From IMG/VR virus record IMGVR_UViG_3300045988_025231: 36,018 bases of DNA. One strand, written 5' to 3'. A program made the translations under genes and the position numbers. This document shows positions 7,083 through 16,872 of this stretch, in pieces (within the stretch, counting starts at the first letter, position 1; the number at the start of each line of letters is the position of its first letter). The stretch comes from a virus. The notes beneath the pieces were generated by a model that searched no databases, was not told the DNA's origin, and was given only the letters and a program-made list of their open reading frames with translations.

Positions 7083-8093
7083 TTACTTCTTTCCGCAATA
7101 TCTCTGCATAGCTTCGTAGGCAGCTTTGCGTCTGTCCTCCTTAGACAATTGCGTTTTGTCGTTCGGTGACTGTTTAGACTTGCTAGCGTCATTGCGCTCC
7201 TGTTGGGCAGGTGTTTTTGTCTGACGTGACAGCAATGTCTTGATCTCGCCCAGTGACTGTTCAACAGCCTGCAAGCGTCTAGAGAATTCGTCCGGAGTTT
7301 TAGACACTTCTTCCTCGGTTTTCACCTCCTCGGTGTACTCCTTGAATTCAGCGATCTTTCCGTCTTTGATCACGAGGATGATTTTTCCTTCTTCGCCAAG
7401 ATCAACGATAACTTCGCCATCTTCGACAGGTGAACCGTCCTCTCTTACTACCTCATCACCAATAGCAGCTTCTTCCCCGCTTGCCTTGATGGTGATCTTT
7501 TCACCGTTCACTGTGCTTACAACTTGGTCAGCCAGCTTGGTTTCATCTTCTTTCTCCGCCTTTTCTTCTGCAAATTTGGAGAACAAACTTGTAAAAAATC
7601 CCATAGATTTACGATTTTGATTGTTATTACTAAATAATGAACTCGTTGCTGCCGGAAGACCTACAAGGTCGCAAGTAATAAGGTCAACGAATTCGGATAC
7701 GTCCCACGTCCCGTTTTTCTCGTTCCAAACCTTATAATCCACATCGTAGACGGATACTCCGAGCATCTCCGGTTCCTTCTCGATCAGTTTTGTCATAAAC
7801 TTCACATCTTCCGGGTACGCTTCCGACGCAGCCTCGGAGATGGTAAGGTCTGCATACACTACACCGTCCTCTTCCACAAAGTTGGAAAAACTTCCGATGT
7901 AGTTATCCAGCATATCCAGTCCGTTGTGTGTCTTACGAGCATGGATGGGTCTAGCATTCCCTAGCGCTACCAATGACGCGAGAGATTCGGGGAGGATGAC
8001 AGTCTTCCCTTCCGTCCATTCACCATTAACGTAGTCGCCCCAGTAGTTAGTGGTAGGTCCTGCTTCTATTATTCTTAATCTTTTGAAAACCAT
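7083..8093 (-). CDS. Prohead protease (S78/HK97-like N-terminal domain) fused to an acidic coiled-coil scaffold-like C-terminal domain.
   Basis: N-terminus has PIHARKTHNG...IGSFSNFVEEDGVVYADL...MLGVSVYDV (His and Ser motifs in the expected spacing). The C-terminal ~170 aa are Glu/Lys-rich. It lies immediately upstream of the capsid gene. Confidence 0.5.
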   Translation of the reverse strand: MVFKRLRIIEAGPTTNYWGDYVNGEWTEGKTVILPESLASLVALGNARPIHARKTHNGLDMLDNYIGSFSNFVEEDGVVYADLTISEAASEAYPEDVKFMTKLIEKEPEMLGVSVYDVDYKVWNEKNGTWDVSEFVDLITCDLVGLPAATSSLFSNNNQNRKSMGFFTSLFSKFAEEKAEKEDETKLADQVVSTVNGEKITIKASGEEAAIGDEVVREDGSPVEDGEVIVDLGEEGKIILVIKDGKIAEFKEYTEEVKTEEEVSKTPDEFSRRLQAVEQSLGEIKTLLSRQTKTPAQQERNDASKSKQSPNDKTQLSKEDRRKAAYEAMQRYCGKK

Positions 8094-8112
8094 AGTTGTT
8101 CCTAATTAATTG

Positions 8113-8146
8113 CAAAGGTATCTATTTACTTAGTTAATTTCTAAAA
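8113..8146 (-). promoter_or_regulatory. Putative internal promoter for the head genes. -7 TACCTTTG (8120-8113), -33-like TTTA/TTTT.
   Basis: It sits in the only sizeable gap (61 bp) inside the late module. The -7 octamer is identical to those of the early and late operon promoters. 19 nt separate it from the ATG at 8093. Confidence 0.4.
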
Positions 8147-8154
8147 CTCCCGTT

Positions 8155-10701
8155 TCAATTTGTCGCGGAGCCTATTACCAGCGTACGTCCCTGCTGAACA
8201 TCGGTGATGTCTTGTACGGATACGACCGGATTCGGGGCATTCTGAACGCCATCCACGAAAGCAAGCGCAATGGCTGCGATCGTCTTGGGTGACAGGTCAA
8301 CATCCTTCTTGACAGCCTTGTTCAGATTAGTCAATGACTGCGCGCTAAGCACATCGAATCCGCCACCATCGGCATACTTGTAAACGTTCGATCCACCGAA
8401 TGACCGTCCACCGTACTGCATGTTCAGCGCAGACAGCGCGTTGATGGCACTGGATGCCTTGCGATTGAGGATGTACATGTTTTCCCCGCCTTCGGCTTCG
8501 AAACGCTGACCGTTCGATCCGACAAAAGTCACGCCACCCTGCGAATGGGAAGGTCCGAATATCTGACCACCCTTGGCGTACTTGCGGACACTGGTGTTGG
8601 TCTTCGGAACATCCTCTTTTACCTTAGCGATAGAGGCTACCTGCTTCAATCCGGCTGCGATAACGATCGCTGCCTGTGCAACGCCCCATATACCGCCCTG
8701 CGCAATAGCCTTGGAAGCACCGAGATATGTATTGATCGTAGCCTGTGCCAGCGCAAACACCTTTCCTGCTGCCGATTCCTGCCCCATGATATTAGAGATT
8801 TGCCCGGCAATATCAGCGGTCATCTGTAACTTGGCGTTGACTAGCTCTTTCTCACGTTTCTCGCGAATCTGAGCGTACTTGGCTTCGATCAGCGTCACAT
8901 CAGCACCGACCTTCTCGGCTGCGGCAACTTCCATCTGATACTGCTGCTCAAGACGGAGAGTCTCGCGTTCAAAGTCGCTGGTGATGTTCTCTTCCTCGAT
9001 AGCACGATGGTTCTCCAGGTCCATTGCTTTCGCTTCTCTACGTTTCGCCTCCTCCTCGGCTTCGATGGCAGCTACCTTCTCCTGGAATGCCACCTGCTGT
9101 TCGTATCGGATGTTGTCGAATTCAGCCTGTGTGATCAGACCCTGTTCCAGTCGGTAGCGTTCCTTCTCCAGAATCGCCTGGTTCAGTTCGTTCTGATCCT
9201 CTAGGGATTTCCGTTTGTCCACGATACCGATGTTTCGCTCCCGTATCCGCAACTGTAATTCCGTTATACCCGTTTCGTAGCTTTTCAGAACCTCCTGCTG
9301 AACTCTCTTCGCGGTCTCCGCTGCCTTTTTGTCGGCATCTTCCTTCGCTTTCTTGGCTTTTTCAGCGGCTTCCTTTTGTGCTTTTGCGTAGTCTTCAGCG
9401 CGTTTCTTGTCGGCAGCAGCCGCATTAGCTCTTTCGGTGTTCTCGAAACCGGAACGCTGACCTATCAGCTCACGTCTCTGCGCCTCGTATTCAGCCTGCT
9501 TCTGCTCCAATGCAGCCAACGCTTCCACTTCCTTACGTCTATCCTCGTCGGATGTGTAAGAAAGGGCATTCTGTGCCTTGATCTGCTCGTATTTAGCCCG
9601 CAAAACACCGAGTTCTGCCTCTTCCATCTGTCGCAGAATCTCAACACCACGGTCTGCAGCCTCGGTACGTTCCTGCAGACTCTTTGTCTGCTCGGCTACG
9701 ATGGTCTTCATCTTCTCCAATTCCCTGCGTTGGCGGGCGAGGACCAGCACATTGTCGGTCTCGGCATTGTAGATGTCACGATGCACCTGCGCCATGCCTC
9801 TAGCGGTTTCGATAGACTTGACGGTTTCGTCCGATATCAGACCCAGCCAATTGTAAACCTTGATATAAGCCTCCGCCAGCCATTCAAAAACCTTTACGAT
9901 CTCAGCGAACAGAGCAGCCACAGCATCCAGCACCTTCGTGATGATCAGTTCGATGGGTGCAAGGATCGTCTTCACTGACACCGCTAACTCGTTGTTGCGA
10001 TCCATCAGTTTACCGATAGCCGAGATGACTGCGAGGATAGCCGATGCGATGGCTACGAACGGATTCGCCATGAGCGCAGCATTGAACGCCTTGATGGACG
10101 CGATGCCTCCGGTCATCCCCTTGATCATCTGTCCGGTCGCACCTGTCATGCCACCAAGATTGGCGGTGGCGGCTTCGATGTCCTCAGCATAGTTACCCAC
10201 GTTTCTCCGCGTGTCTCCTACCCCTTTCTCCAACTCCTTCAGCCTGTCGGAAATCTCCTTGGTCTGAGCGACCATCTGTTTCCCCGACTCGGTGTTGGTG
10301 CGCTGCTCTACCGACATCTTGTTCAGCGCCTTCGTGTTAAGAGCCAGCTGCGCCCGCAACGTCTCGACACTTTCCGCCTCGGAGTTTACAATGGTGGTGT
10401 GTGCCTTGATCTGCGCGGCATTCTCCGATGTGGCTATCTTGTTGTTGTTCAACTGCTTGGTCAGCGCGATGATTGCATTCTCTGATTTCTCTGACTGCTT
10501 CTCGAATGCCGTCTGATCCAGCAGGTTATCCTTGTAGTTCTGACGGATGCCCGCAAGAGCGAGTTTCTCGGCATTAATCTGCTTGACAAGCTGCTTCTTC
10601 TCGTCCGATAGTTCGAGAGACTTCTTTATGAGCGCGTCCAAACCGTCTACGGCTTCAGCCGTGTTGAACGATAGGTCTAATAGTGTAACGTCTTCTGCCA
10701 T
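8155..10701 (-). CDS. Tape-measure-like protein.
   Basis: 848 aa with long Ala/Glu/Lys coiled coils. Two Gly/Ala-rich hydrophobic blocks (GGMTGATGQMIKGMTGG...FVAIASAILAVISAIG and GIWGVAQAAIVIAAGL). C-terminal motif KGGQIFGPSHSQGG. The stop-start overlap with the upstream gene reads TAATG. Confidence 0.6.
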   Translation of the reverse strand: MAEDVTLLDLSFNTAEAVDGLDALIKKSLELSDEKKQLVKQINAEKLALAGIRQNYKDNLLDQTAFEKQSEKSENAIIALTKQLNNNKIATSENAAQIKAHTTIVNSEAESVETLRAQLALNTKALNKMSVEQRTNTESGKQMVAQTKEISDRLKELEKGVGDTRRNVGNYAEDIEAATANLGGMTGATGQMIKGMTGGIASIKAFNAALMANPFVAIASAILAVISAIGKLMDRNNELAVSVKTILAPIELIITKVLDAVAALFAEIVKVFEWLAEAYIKVYNWLGLISDETVKSIETARGMAQVHRDIYNAETDNVLVLARQRRELEKMKTIVAEQTKSLQERTEAADRGVEILRQMEEAELGVLRAKYEQIKAQNALSYTSDEDRRKEVEALAALEQKQAEYEAQRRELIGQRSGFENTERANAAAADKKRAEDYAKAQKEAAEKAKKAKEDADKKAAETAKRVQQEVLKSYETGITELQLRIRERNIGIVDKRKSLEDQNELNQAILEKERYRLEQGLITQAEFDNIRYEQQVAFQEKVAAIEAEEEAKRREAKAMDLENHRAIEEENITSDFERETLRLEQQYQMEVAAAEKVGADVTLIEAKYAQIREKREKELVNAKLQMTADIAGQISNIMGQESAAGKVFALAQATINTYLGASKAIAQGGIWGVAQAAIVIAAGLKQVASIAKVKEDVPKTNTSVRKYAKGGQIFGPSHSQGGVTFVGSNGQRFEAEGGENMYILNRKASSAINALSALNMQYGGRSFGGSNVYKYADGGGFDVLSAQSLTNLNKAVKKDVDLSPKTIAAIALAFVDGVQNAPNPVVSVQDITDVQQGRTLVIGSATN

Positions 10702-12389
10702 TATTTCTGTCTCAATAGATTAATTTTAGTCAATTTTATCTTACATTCCTGCGTGGAAAGGTTGTAATCCGTGATCGACCGGATGTAAAAGAACGCATTC
10801 AACTGCTTGAACCACACCACACCGTTCTCCTTGTATTTGTTTTCGATGTAGTAGTAAGGTATCTTAGCCTTAATTGTCACGTCCAATGCGTCCGAAAACA
10901 GCCCGTAGTACTTCTGTAGCGACTGCGTGTAATTGATCGACTTGAAATATTCTACCCAAGTAGACCCGCTCCCCACCGCTCCTTTACGAATGGCGAATCT
11001 AGGATACGTACCGTCTTGAGGATATGGGACATTGGATTCCACGATGTCGCCCTTAGCCGTGAATGAAGCCTTGGAAACCTGCAGACTCTTGAAGTAGTCA
11101 CCGATCTTGAACACTGCGGTGTTCGGGAAGCCTTCGGAATCCTCGATCTTGTCGGTTGACAGGTAAAAGTCAGACCAATCCTGTCGGGAATCATTGAAGG
11201 TTATCGGACCATTCTGAGCCACGTTGCGCGCCTCGTCAGCAATCAGCTTATACACGTTTACATTGACGTTCGTGTTTCCGTTGACATCCTCAGTAAGTGT
11301 AAACTTCCACCCCCATTGGAATATCTTGCATATGTCGGTGAGAAACGTTATGGCATCCGATACTCCGCAGTTTCCAAACTCTTGTGTAAGTCCTGCGGTA
11401 TTCTGAAGCGATGTTATTTTTCCCGACAGGTTTACGGCTTCATCCGGTGACATAAAGGATGGCGGAAGCGCATTCAGCCTGTTGTAGTCATTGATATCCC
11501 TGCTGATGTAGAATCCGTAGAAGTTGCGGATCGGTATGTTCATGGTCGTGGAAATGTACTTGTAGCGGACCTGCGTGATGTCGTTCTGTTCACCGTCCTT
11601 TTGGAAGATTGCTACCGTCTGATTATTGTACACCGCTTTTAGAACCACATAGTTCGGCACCGTGCCTACTTTAGACATGTCCAGCGTAATGTAAGCGTTG
11701 TTGTCCATAGTGACCACAGCCACGGTTGATTCTGTCACGCCACCCGGTGCTGTCATGGCTGTCCGGGTATCGTACTCCTTGATGTCCAGGGCGTTGCCTC
11801 TGAAATATTTCGTGCCATCGTCCGTCTCGGATGCATACCGCCAAAACACGGTAACTGACTTGCCTACAAGCAGATCAGTGATGCCTATCTGACCCTTGTT
11901 CTCGATGATCAGACCCGGCACGTAACCTCCGTAGTCGATAGCGGGGAATGTCACGGGATTAACGGTTCGCAACGCTTGCTTGATCAGATCGCTAGCTCGG
12001 AAGAACCGAGTATTGTCCACGTTCGAGTCGATGAGCGTAGTCTCCACGACTTCCTTCGGCAACTGCGACATCTTGAGATCGGATTGCGACAGCGCAATGC
12101 TGTAACTCTCCTCATCGCAGGTCACCTTAGCCTTGAACCGCTTGTTGATCGCTATCCCACCTAGGTAGATCTTAGCCTCGTACTTCACATCACGCATCGC
12201 GTAACCAAAGTTTCGCATCTGATAGAAGATACCGTCGTTGACCTGGCTTCTCGGGGCTTTGATGTTGGCTGAGTAAGTACGGGTAGATTCCCCAAACGAG
12301 TAGGGAGATGACGCATTGATGGAGAGTTTGACCTCCGTCTTAGTCAAGCCATCCAGGAATGTGCCGTTTATCTGAATCTTTACGTCCAT
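10701..12389 (-). CDS. Tail/baseplate structural protein (562 aa), function unassigned.
   Basis: Large beta-rich ORF translationally coupled to the tape-measure-like gene. No catalytic motif recognised. Confidence 0.45.
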   Translation of the reverse strand: MDVKIQINGTFLDGLTKTEVKLSINASSPYSFGESTRTYSANIKAPRSQVNDGIFYQMRNFGYAMRDVKYEAKIYLGGIAINKRFKAKVTCDEESYSIALSQSDLKMSQLPKEVVETTLIDSNVDNTRFFRASDLIKQALRTVNPVTFPAIDYGGYVPGLIIENKGQIGITDLLVGKSVTVFWRYASETDDGTKYFRGNALDIKEYDTRTAMTAPGGVTESTVAVVTMDNNAYITLDMSKVGTVPNYVVLKAVYNNQTVAIFQKDGEQNDITQVRYKYISTTMNIPIRNFYGFYISRDINDYNRLNALPPSFMSPDEAVNLSGKITSLQNTAGLTQEFGNCGVSDAITFLTDICKIFQWGWKFTLTEDVNGNTNVNVNVYKLIADEARNVAQNGPITFNDSRQDWSDFYLSTDKIEDSEGFPNTAVFKIGDYFKSLQVSKASFTAKGDIVESNVPYPQDGTYPRFAIRKGAVGSGSTWVEYFKSINYTQSLQKYYGLFSDALDVTIKAKIPYYYIENKYKENGVVWFKQLNAFFYIRSITDYNLSTQECKIKLTKINLLRQK

Positions 12390-12390
12390 A

Positions 12391-13359
12391 TCAGTATTGG
12401 AATTTTAAAGTTGCTGTTTTCGCCAAGCCGGATGCCGTATACTTGATCCCTGTAGTCGAGGAGCAGCGCATCTTGGTATCCCATTGTACACCGTCCAAGC
12501 CTCGCACCGTCACGTCCGGAGACGTTGACAGGACGTCAAGAGCGAACTTGTTAGCCTCAGTCAGTTCGAATACGCAGGTCAATTCCCGCTTGGTTACTGT
12601 GCCACCGTCCAAGCCCTGTGTGATCGTAGGCTGCGTGCTCCAATTATAGCAGGAGATCGCATCGTAGGACCCGCAAGAGTTCAGCCATCGAAGAGTAATA
12701 GCCCCGCATGCGGTTGCTTCTTCCGGGTAGAACTTGGCTGCTACGATATCAGACCCTTTCTTTATAGTAACCTTCCGGTATTGACATGCATCCGCGATCA
12801 TGTCTCCCTGCAAATATGTGAACTCTTCTTTACCCCCATCCCGGTATATGGCTTCTACGGTATAACTGTAGCCGGGGTCAACGGAGTCGATGTAGAAATC
12901 GTCATCCAGCGTATGTGCTAACGGTGCTCTGCGTCCCAATTCATCCCGAAAGTCCGTGTCGGTTTTAGTTACCCGGTTTTTGTTGTTCGGGCTGGCTAGG
13001 TTCATGATCGGCAACCGGAACGTCTGAGTCTTCGCATCAGCAGTCAAGTTAGCCCTGTGAGTTACTACCAGCTCCACTGTGTAATGGCTTATCCGTTTAT
13101 TGAATGCAGGGATGAGCGGGTGGAAGTAGGATGCCAGGTCTATCTCGATGCCGTTGACAGGTTCCAGGTTAGCCACGTAGAACGAGTTTAGGGATGACCG
13201 GCATTGCACATAGAAGTATACTATGATGTCCGTGGGAAGGTCTGTAACGATCATCTTCAACGGGATGTTATTCCATATAGTCAGGCATCCCGGGTAGGTG
13301 TACGTTTGACCGTCCGTGATCCCCACGTTAATATTAGCTCGCGATACTGCTACTCTCAT
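12391..13359 (-). CDS. Tail structural protein (322 aa, Cys-rich), function unassigned.
   Basis: ORF packed between neck-like and baseplate-like genes. Only 1 nt separates it from the next gene. Confidence 0.45.
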   Translation of the reverse strand: MRVAVSRANINVGITDGQTYTYPGCLTIWNNIPLKMIVTDLPTDIIVYFYVQCRSSLNSFYVANLEPVNGIEIDLASYFHPLIPAFNKRISHYTVELVVTHRANLTADAKTQTFRLPIMNLASPNNKNRVTKTDTDFRDELGRRAPLAHTLDDDFYIDSVDPGYSYTVEAIYRDGGKEEFTYLQGDMIADACQYRKVTIKKGSDIVAAKFYPEEATACGAITLRWLNSCGSYDAISCYNWSTQPTITQGLDGGTVTKRELTCVFELTEANKFALDVLSTSPDVTVRGLDGVQWDTKMRCSSTTGIKYTASGLAKTATLKFQY

Positions 13360-13790
13360 TGCGTTAATATTGTTAGAATTTTTGCTTTAATGATCCTGTT
13401 TATATCCAGCGTCAGCCGCTTCACCCTTTCGGGATTGATGATGTCCGAGACTACCCCGCCACCATTGTACCTGTTAGGAACCTTGATGCCGTCCCGTTTG
13501 ATTACGTAGGCTATGGCGTATGCCGCCTCTTCCGGGATGTCCGTTCCTGCTGTCCGGTTCTTGTCTTTGATCCACTGTCTAATAGCAGAAACGGGAGGAA
13601 AACTCCCGGCTTTCCTCCCTTTCTCCATTTGGATAACATGCCTCGGTGCTGTCAGTTTTACGGAGTCACCGTTCTCATGTAAAATAAGATTCCTACCGAA
13701 GTCTCCGGAGGCTACCAAGCCTTTAGACACGTAGTTATCGAATATTTCCTTTCTCAACTGCTCAACTACCGCTACAATTTCCTTATCCAT
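13356..13790 (-). CDS. Neck/head-tail joining protein (HK97 gp10-like pattern).
   Basis: 144 aa. SGDFGRNLILHENGDSVKLTAPRHVIQMEKGRKAG resembles the sG.l..s...........ya...E.G signature of the gp10 family. Low-resolution call. Confidence 0.4.
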   Translation of the reverse strand: MDKEIVAVVEQLRKEIFDNYVSKGLVASGDFGRNLILHENGDSVKLTAPRHVIQMEKGRKAGSFPPVSAIRQWIKDKNRTAGTDIPEEAAYAIAYVIKRDGIKVPNRYNGGGVVSDIINPERVKRLTLDINRIIKAKILTILTQ

Positions 13791-14193
13791 AGTTTAATAG
13801 ATCATTCGTTACCGAAAATGTCACCCTCCATCCGGATTTTTGAGAATCATATAAACCTTGAATCTTGGCGAATCTCAGACCGTCAACTTCGAAATGACAC
13901 ACAAAAGTAGACATTAGACGGTTAATATACAAGTCCGTCCGTTCCAATGTTAGCAATTCCTGCAAGTTATCGGTCATATATTGTGACTCGTCCAAGCATT
14001 GCAGCACTACATCGTACTTCCGGACAGCCGGAGGCAGCTTGTTCATCCCGCCTCCCGGAACATCGAACGTAAGGAACATGCCGTTTATGGCGTTTACCTG
14101 CTCGTTCAGATTATCGTCCGATCCGAAGTAGAGAGGAAGCCCGATCTTCTCGGCTTCCTCGTTCATAAAATTTACTATATCGCTGAATATCAT
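13783..14193 (-). CDS. Hypothetical neck/tail-completion-like protein (136 aa).
   Basis: Size and position next to the gp10-like gene. No specific motif. Confidence 0.35.
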   Translation of the reverse strand: MIFSDIVNFMNEEAEKIGLPLYFGSDDNLNEQVNAINGMFLTFDVPGGGMNKLPPAVRKYDVVLQCLDESQYMTDNLQELLTLERTDLYINRLMSTFVCHFEVDGLRFAKIQGLYDSQKSGWRVTFSVTNDLLNYG

Positions 14194-16871
14194 GGCAATT
14201 TGATTATTGCGTCATCATGACCGTTAGCACATACACAATCACCGGGAGTATTGCCCATTACCGCGTTGTCCTTCAAGACCACATCCTGTCCGCTTGCCAG
14301 TTGCAGAGATAGAACTGCGTTATCATACAGGCGCACCCTTGTCTTTTGGATTGTGATGCCTGTGGAACCGTAAGGTTTCACGATTCGCGGGGTGGGAACA
14401 TAATTGATCCTAAGTTGCGCATCAGCAATATCGGATGGTTGCAGGACACCACTTGGTTCCCGTTGTACCACGAGCGACATAATTGCCGAATTAACCGGTG
14501 AAGATAAACTATAGTAAAACTTCGTATTAGCATCAAAACGATAGCTACCACGGGTAAAACCTTTAGCAATGTAGGTCGTTAAAGTGCTGTTAAGGATGTT
14601 AATGGGCTGCTTTAGTATCAAAGCCTTATCATTCGAGGTCTTAATAGTATCGTAAGGCTTACCATCCGATGCCTGGACGTTGTTTACCAATTTGTTTTCC
14701 CAATAATCCGGACCTAGCAAAACATCACTGGGGCTGACCCTACTCAATTCGTTCGTAATATAGTTTTCGGTCTTGAATTCCGTAACGTAGCGCACCTCTG
14801 CTGCCTGTATATCGGATTCGTCCATGTACCCATCCGATACGAGTCTTAGTACGAGACCCAGGAACGATGCGTTCTCTGGAACCTTGTAACTCTTCACCCA
14901 AGCAGACCTGCTTAAGAATTGTCCATTCCCGTCAAAGGCATTGCATTCTACGTAATACGCATCCTTACAGGTAACGGTGTCTCCCGGTCTTACCCGTATG
15001 GTGTCCACCAATCTTACTCGATGGGGGAGAACCTGTGTTCCTTTGGCTTCTTCCCATGTAGGGGCTTGCGCTCCTGTCGTGCCTCGTTCCCACAAGTTAA
15101 CATCAAGGATTCTGTTCACATATGGTTGCCCGATCACCTCGACATCTCCGCGAACGTTGCATCTTTCACCTACGAATCCATTCCCCGAAATAGTAGGTAC
15201 AGAAGAATAGTCGTAAGAGCGGATATACAGGTTAAGGGCTGCGAAGTCTTTAGGCGTGATGGCGCTGTTATCTGACTTTCCGAATGCCAATACGAAATAC
15301 GGGTAGTCGGGGGATACAGATGTAGGGCCCGTTTTGGCATCAGCCAATATAAAGTTCTCGTCCAGATAGCACGCCACGGCAATCTTAAAGCCGCTAGGCA
15401 TTGTCGGGAGATAGGCGCCTTCAGTGGAAAAAGGAACGCGCGTCCTCACACGGTTGGAAAAGTCAGTCTTAGTATCTTCGTAATACTGACCTACAAGTGT
15501 ATTGTTATACGCTCCCTGCTCGATAACAGACCCGTCCAAAGGGTCGTCTTTTGCGTCCGGACCTATATAAGCCCCATCAGCCGCGTTTTCCGGTCTGCTA
15601 ACGAATCCGACAATTCTGTTGTTGAAAGATGCTGCATAAAGCCCCTGCCTGTGACTTGATGCAAGAGTATTACCGATAAACGTCTTGCCTAGATGTTCTT
15701 GTGCATACGAAAAGTCTATGTCCTCATAGATATTGCCTTCTATCGTGTCATTTCTGAATATACCCTTCGGGACAACACAGTTCCTAAAAGTAGGACCGCC
15801 AGCCGTAAACAATGCACCCGATAATGTATTGTCACGCAATCTTAGCAGCGGGCAGTCATATGCTTGTACGATCGTATCCCGGTCTGCTTTGGCTAAAGAA
15901 TTATCTGGGATGTACCAGATATACTCCAATCTCCCTACATTGCGAAACGTTCCAAACACCTTTAAGTCTTGACGATCAACGGTATACGCATCTGTGTTAA
16001 TAAGTTTGCCAGCCAACCACCGAATCGCGTTAATAGACAATCCGAAGTTACTTGTCTGAATCGTAAGGGAAGAATTCACCATAGCTGCGGTCCCCGATGC
16101 GGACGCAGGTTTAAAAGCGATAGAAAGGTCTCCGCTAACATGTCCGATTATTCTAGCCCCTTTAGTTTCTAGCTGAGCGGGTGTCATTGCATTTCCATCA
16201 GCCTGCGTAATGTGTACCATACACAGTTTATATACCGGATGTTCTAGTTTTGTCAATGCTGTTGAGGTTGCAAAAGATTCTCCCGAATATGCAAACGTAC
16301 CGCTAGAATTAAAGTACCCCCAAAGTACCCGACAACTAAGCCCCGTAGGAATATAAATCTGTGTGCTTCGCCCTACCCGAAGGATAGCAGTCGTTCGGCA
16401 TATGTTCGCTGCTGTTACCTTCATATTATCAAATGCGGTTCCTGCGGCTGCACCGTTGTTAAATGATCCCTGCTCAAATGTGAATGCCGTAGCGGATGCA
16501 CCGCAAAGTACATTCATCTCAGTACCTATGAAGCTGTCTCTCACAAGAAGGTCACTCTTATGTCCTTTAGAAGTATCTACGGATACGGTAAAGACTCCGC
16601 CTACAAAGGTGTCGCCGTCAAATATGAACTCGTCTGCCTGCGTGCTAGCAGGAACATTCAAGTCTTTGACAAAAGCATTATCACAGATACGGACATTCCC
16701 ATTAGTGGAGATATTTCCGCCTCCTAACCAGCATTCGCCATCCTGTGACAGCTGCTTCTCGGACGCGACCTTGCCGCCTACCGAACCTCTAGGGATAAAT
16801 CCACCGAGAGAGTAGATGTCTCTCTCGGCTACGATGTATCCTGCTGAATTAATTGAATACTTCTTTCCCAT
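14190..16871 (-). CDS. Fibre/receptor-binding-like giant protein B (893 aa), paralogue of 16873..18891. Contains four copies of a ~100-aa module.
   Basis: N-terminus KKYSINSAGY...GGKVASEKQLSQDGECWLGG parallels KKYEIIEDGG...GDLGGYVYDERTLAQKGNAWIFSG. Shared core GNIYEDIDFSYAQEHLGKT. The modules end in AMTPAQLETKGARI, AITPKDFAALNLYI, YMDESDIQAAEVRY and VLQPSDIADAQLRI. Confidence 0.55.
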   Translation of the reverse strand: MGKKYSINSAGYIVAERDIYSLGGFIPRGSVGGKVASEKQLSQDGECWLGGGNISTNGNVRICDNAFVKDLNVPASTQADEFIFDGDTFVGGVFTVSVDTSKGHKSDLLVRDSFIGTEMNVLCGASATAFTFEQGSFNNGAAAGTAFDNMKVTAANICRTTAILRVGRSTQIYIPTGLSCRVLWGYFNSSGTFAYSGESFATSTALTKLEHPVYKLCMVHITQADGNAMTPAQLETKGARIIGHVSGDLSIAFKPASASGTAAMVNSSLTIQTSNFGLSINAIRWLAGKLINTDAYTVDRQDLKVFGTFRNVGRLEYIWYIPDNSLAKADRDTIVQAYDCPLLRLRDNTLSGALFTAGGPTFRNCVVPKGIFRNDTIEGNIYEDIDFSYAQEHLGKTFIGNTLASSHRQGLYAASFNNRIVGFVSRPENAADGAYIGPDAKDDPLDGSVIEQGAYNNTLVGQYYEDTKTDFSNRVRTRVPFSTEGAYLPTMPSGFKIAVACYLDENFILADAKTGPTSVSPDYPYFVLAFGKSDNSAITPKDFAALNLYIRSYDYSSVPTISGNGFVGERCNVRGDVEVIGQPYVNRILDVNLWERGTTGAQAPTWEEAKGTQVLPHRVRLVDTIRVRPGDTVTCKDAYYVECNAFDGNGQFLSRSAWVKSYKVPENASFLGLVLRLVSDGYMDESDIQAAEVRYVTEFKTENYITNELSRVSPSDVLLGPDYWENKLVNNVQASDGKPYDTIKTSNDKALILKQPINILNSTLTTYIAKGFTRGSYRFDANTKFYYSLSSPVNSAIMSLVVQREPSGVLQPSDIADAQLRINYVPTPRIVKPYGSTGITIQKTRVRLYDNAVLSLQLASGQDVVLKDNAVMGNTPGDCVCANGHDDAIIKLP

Positions 16872-16872
16872 A

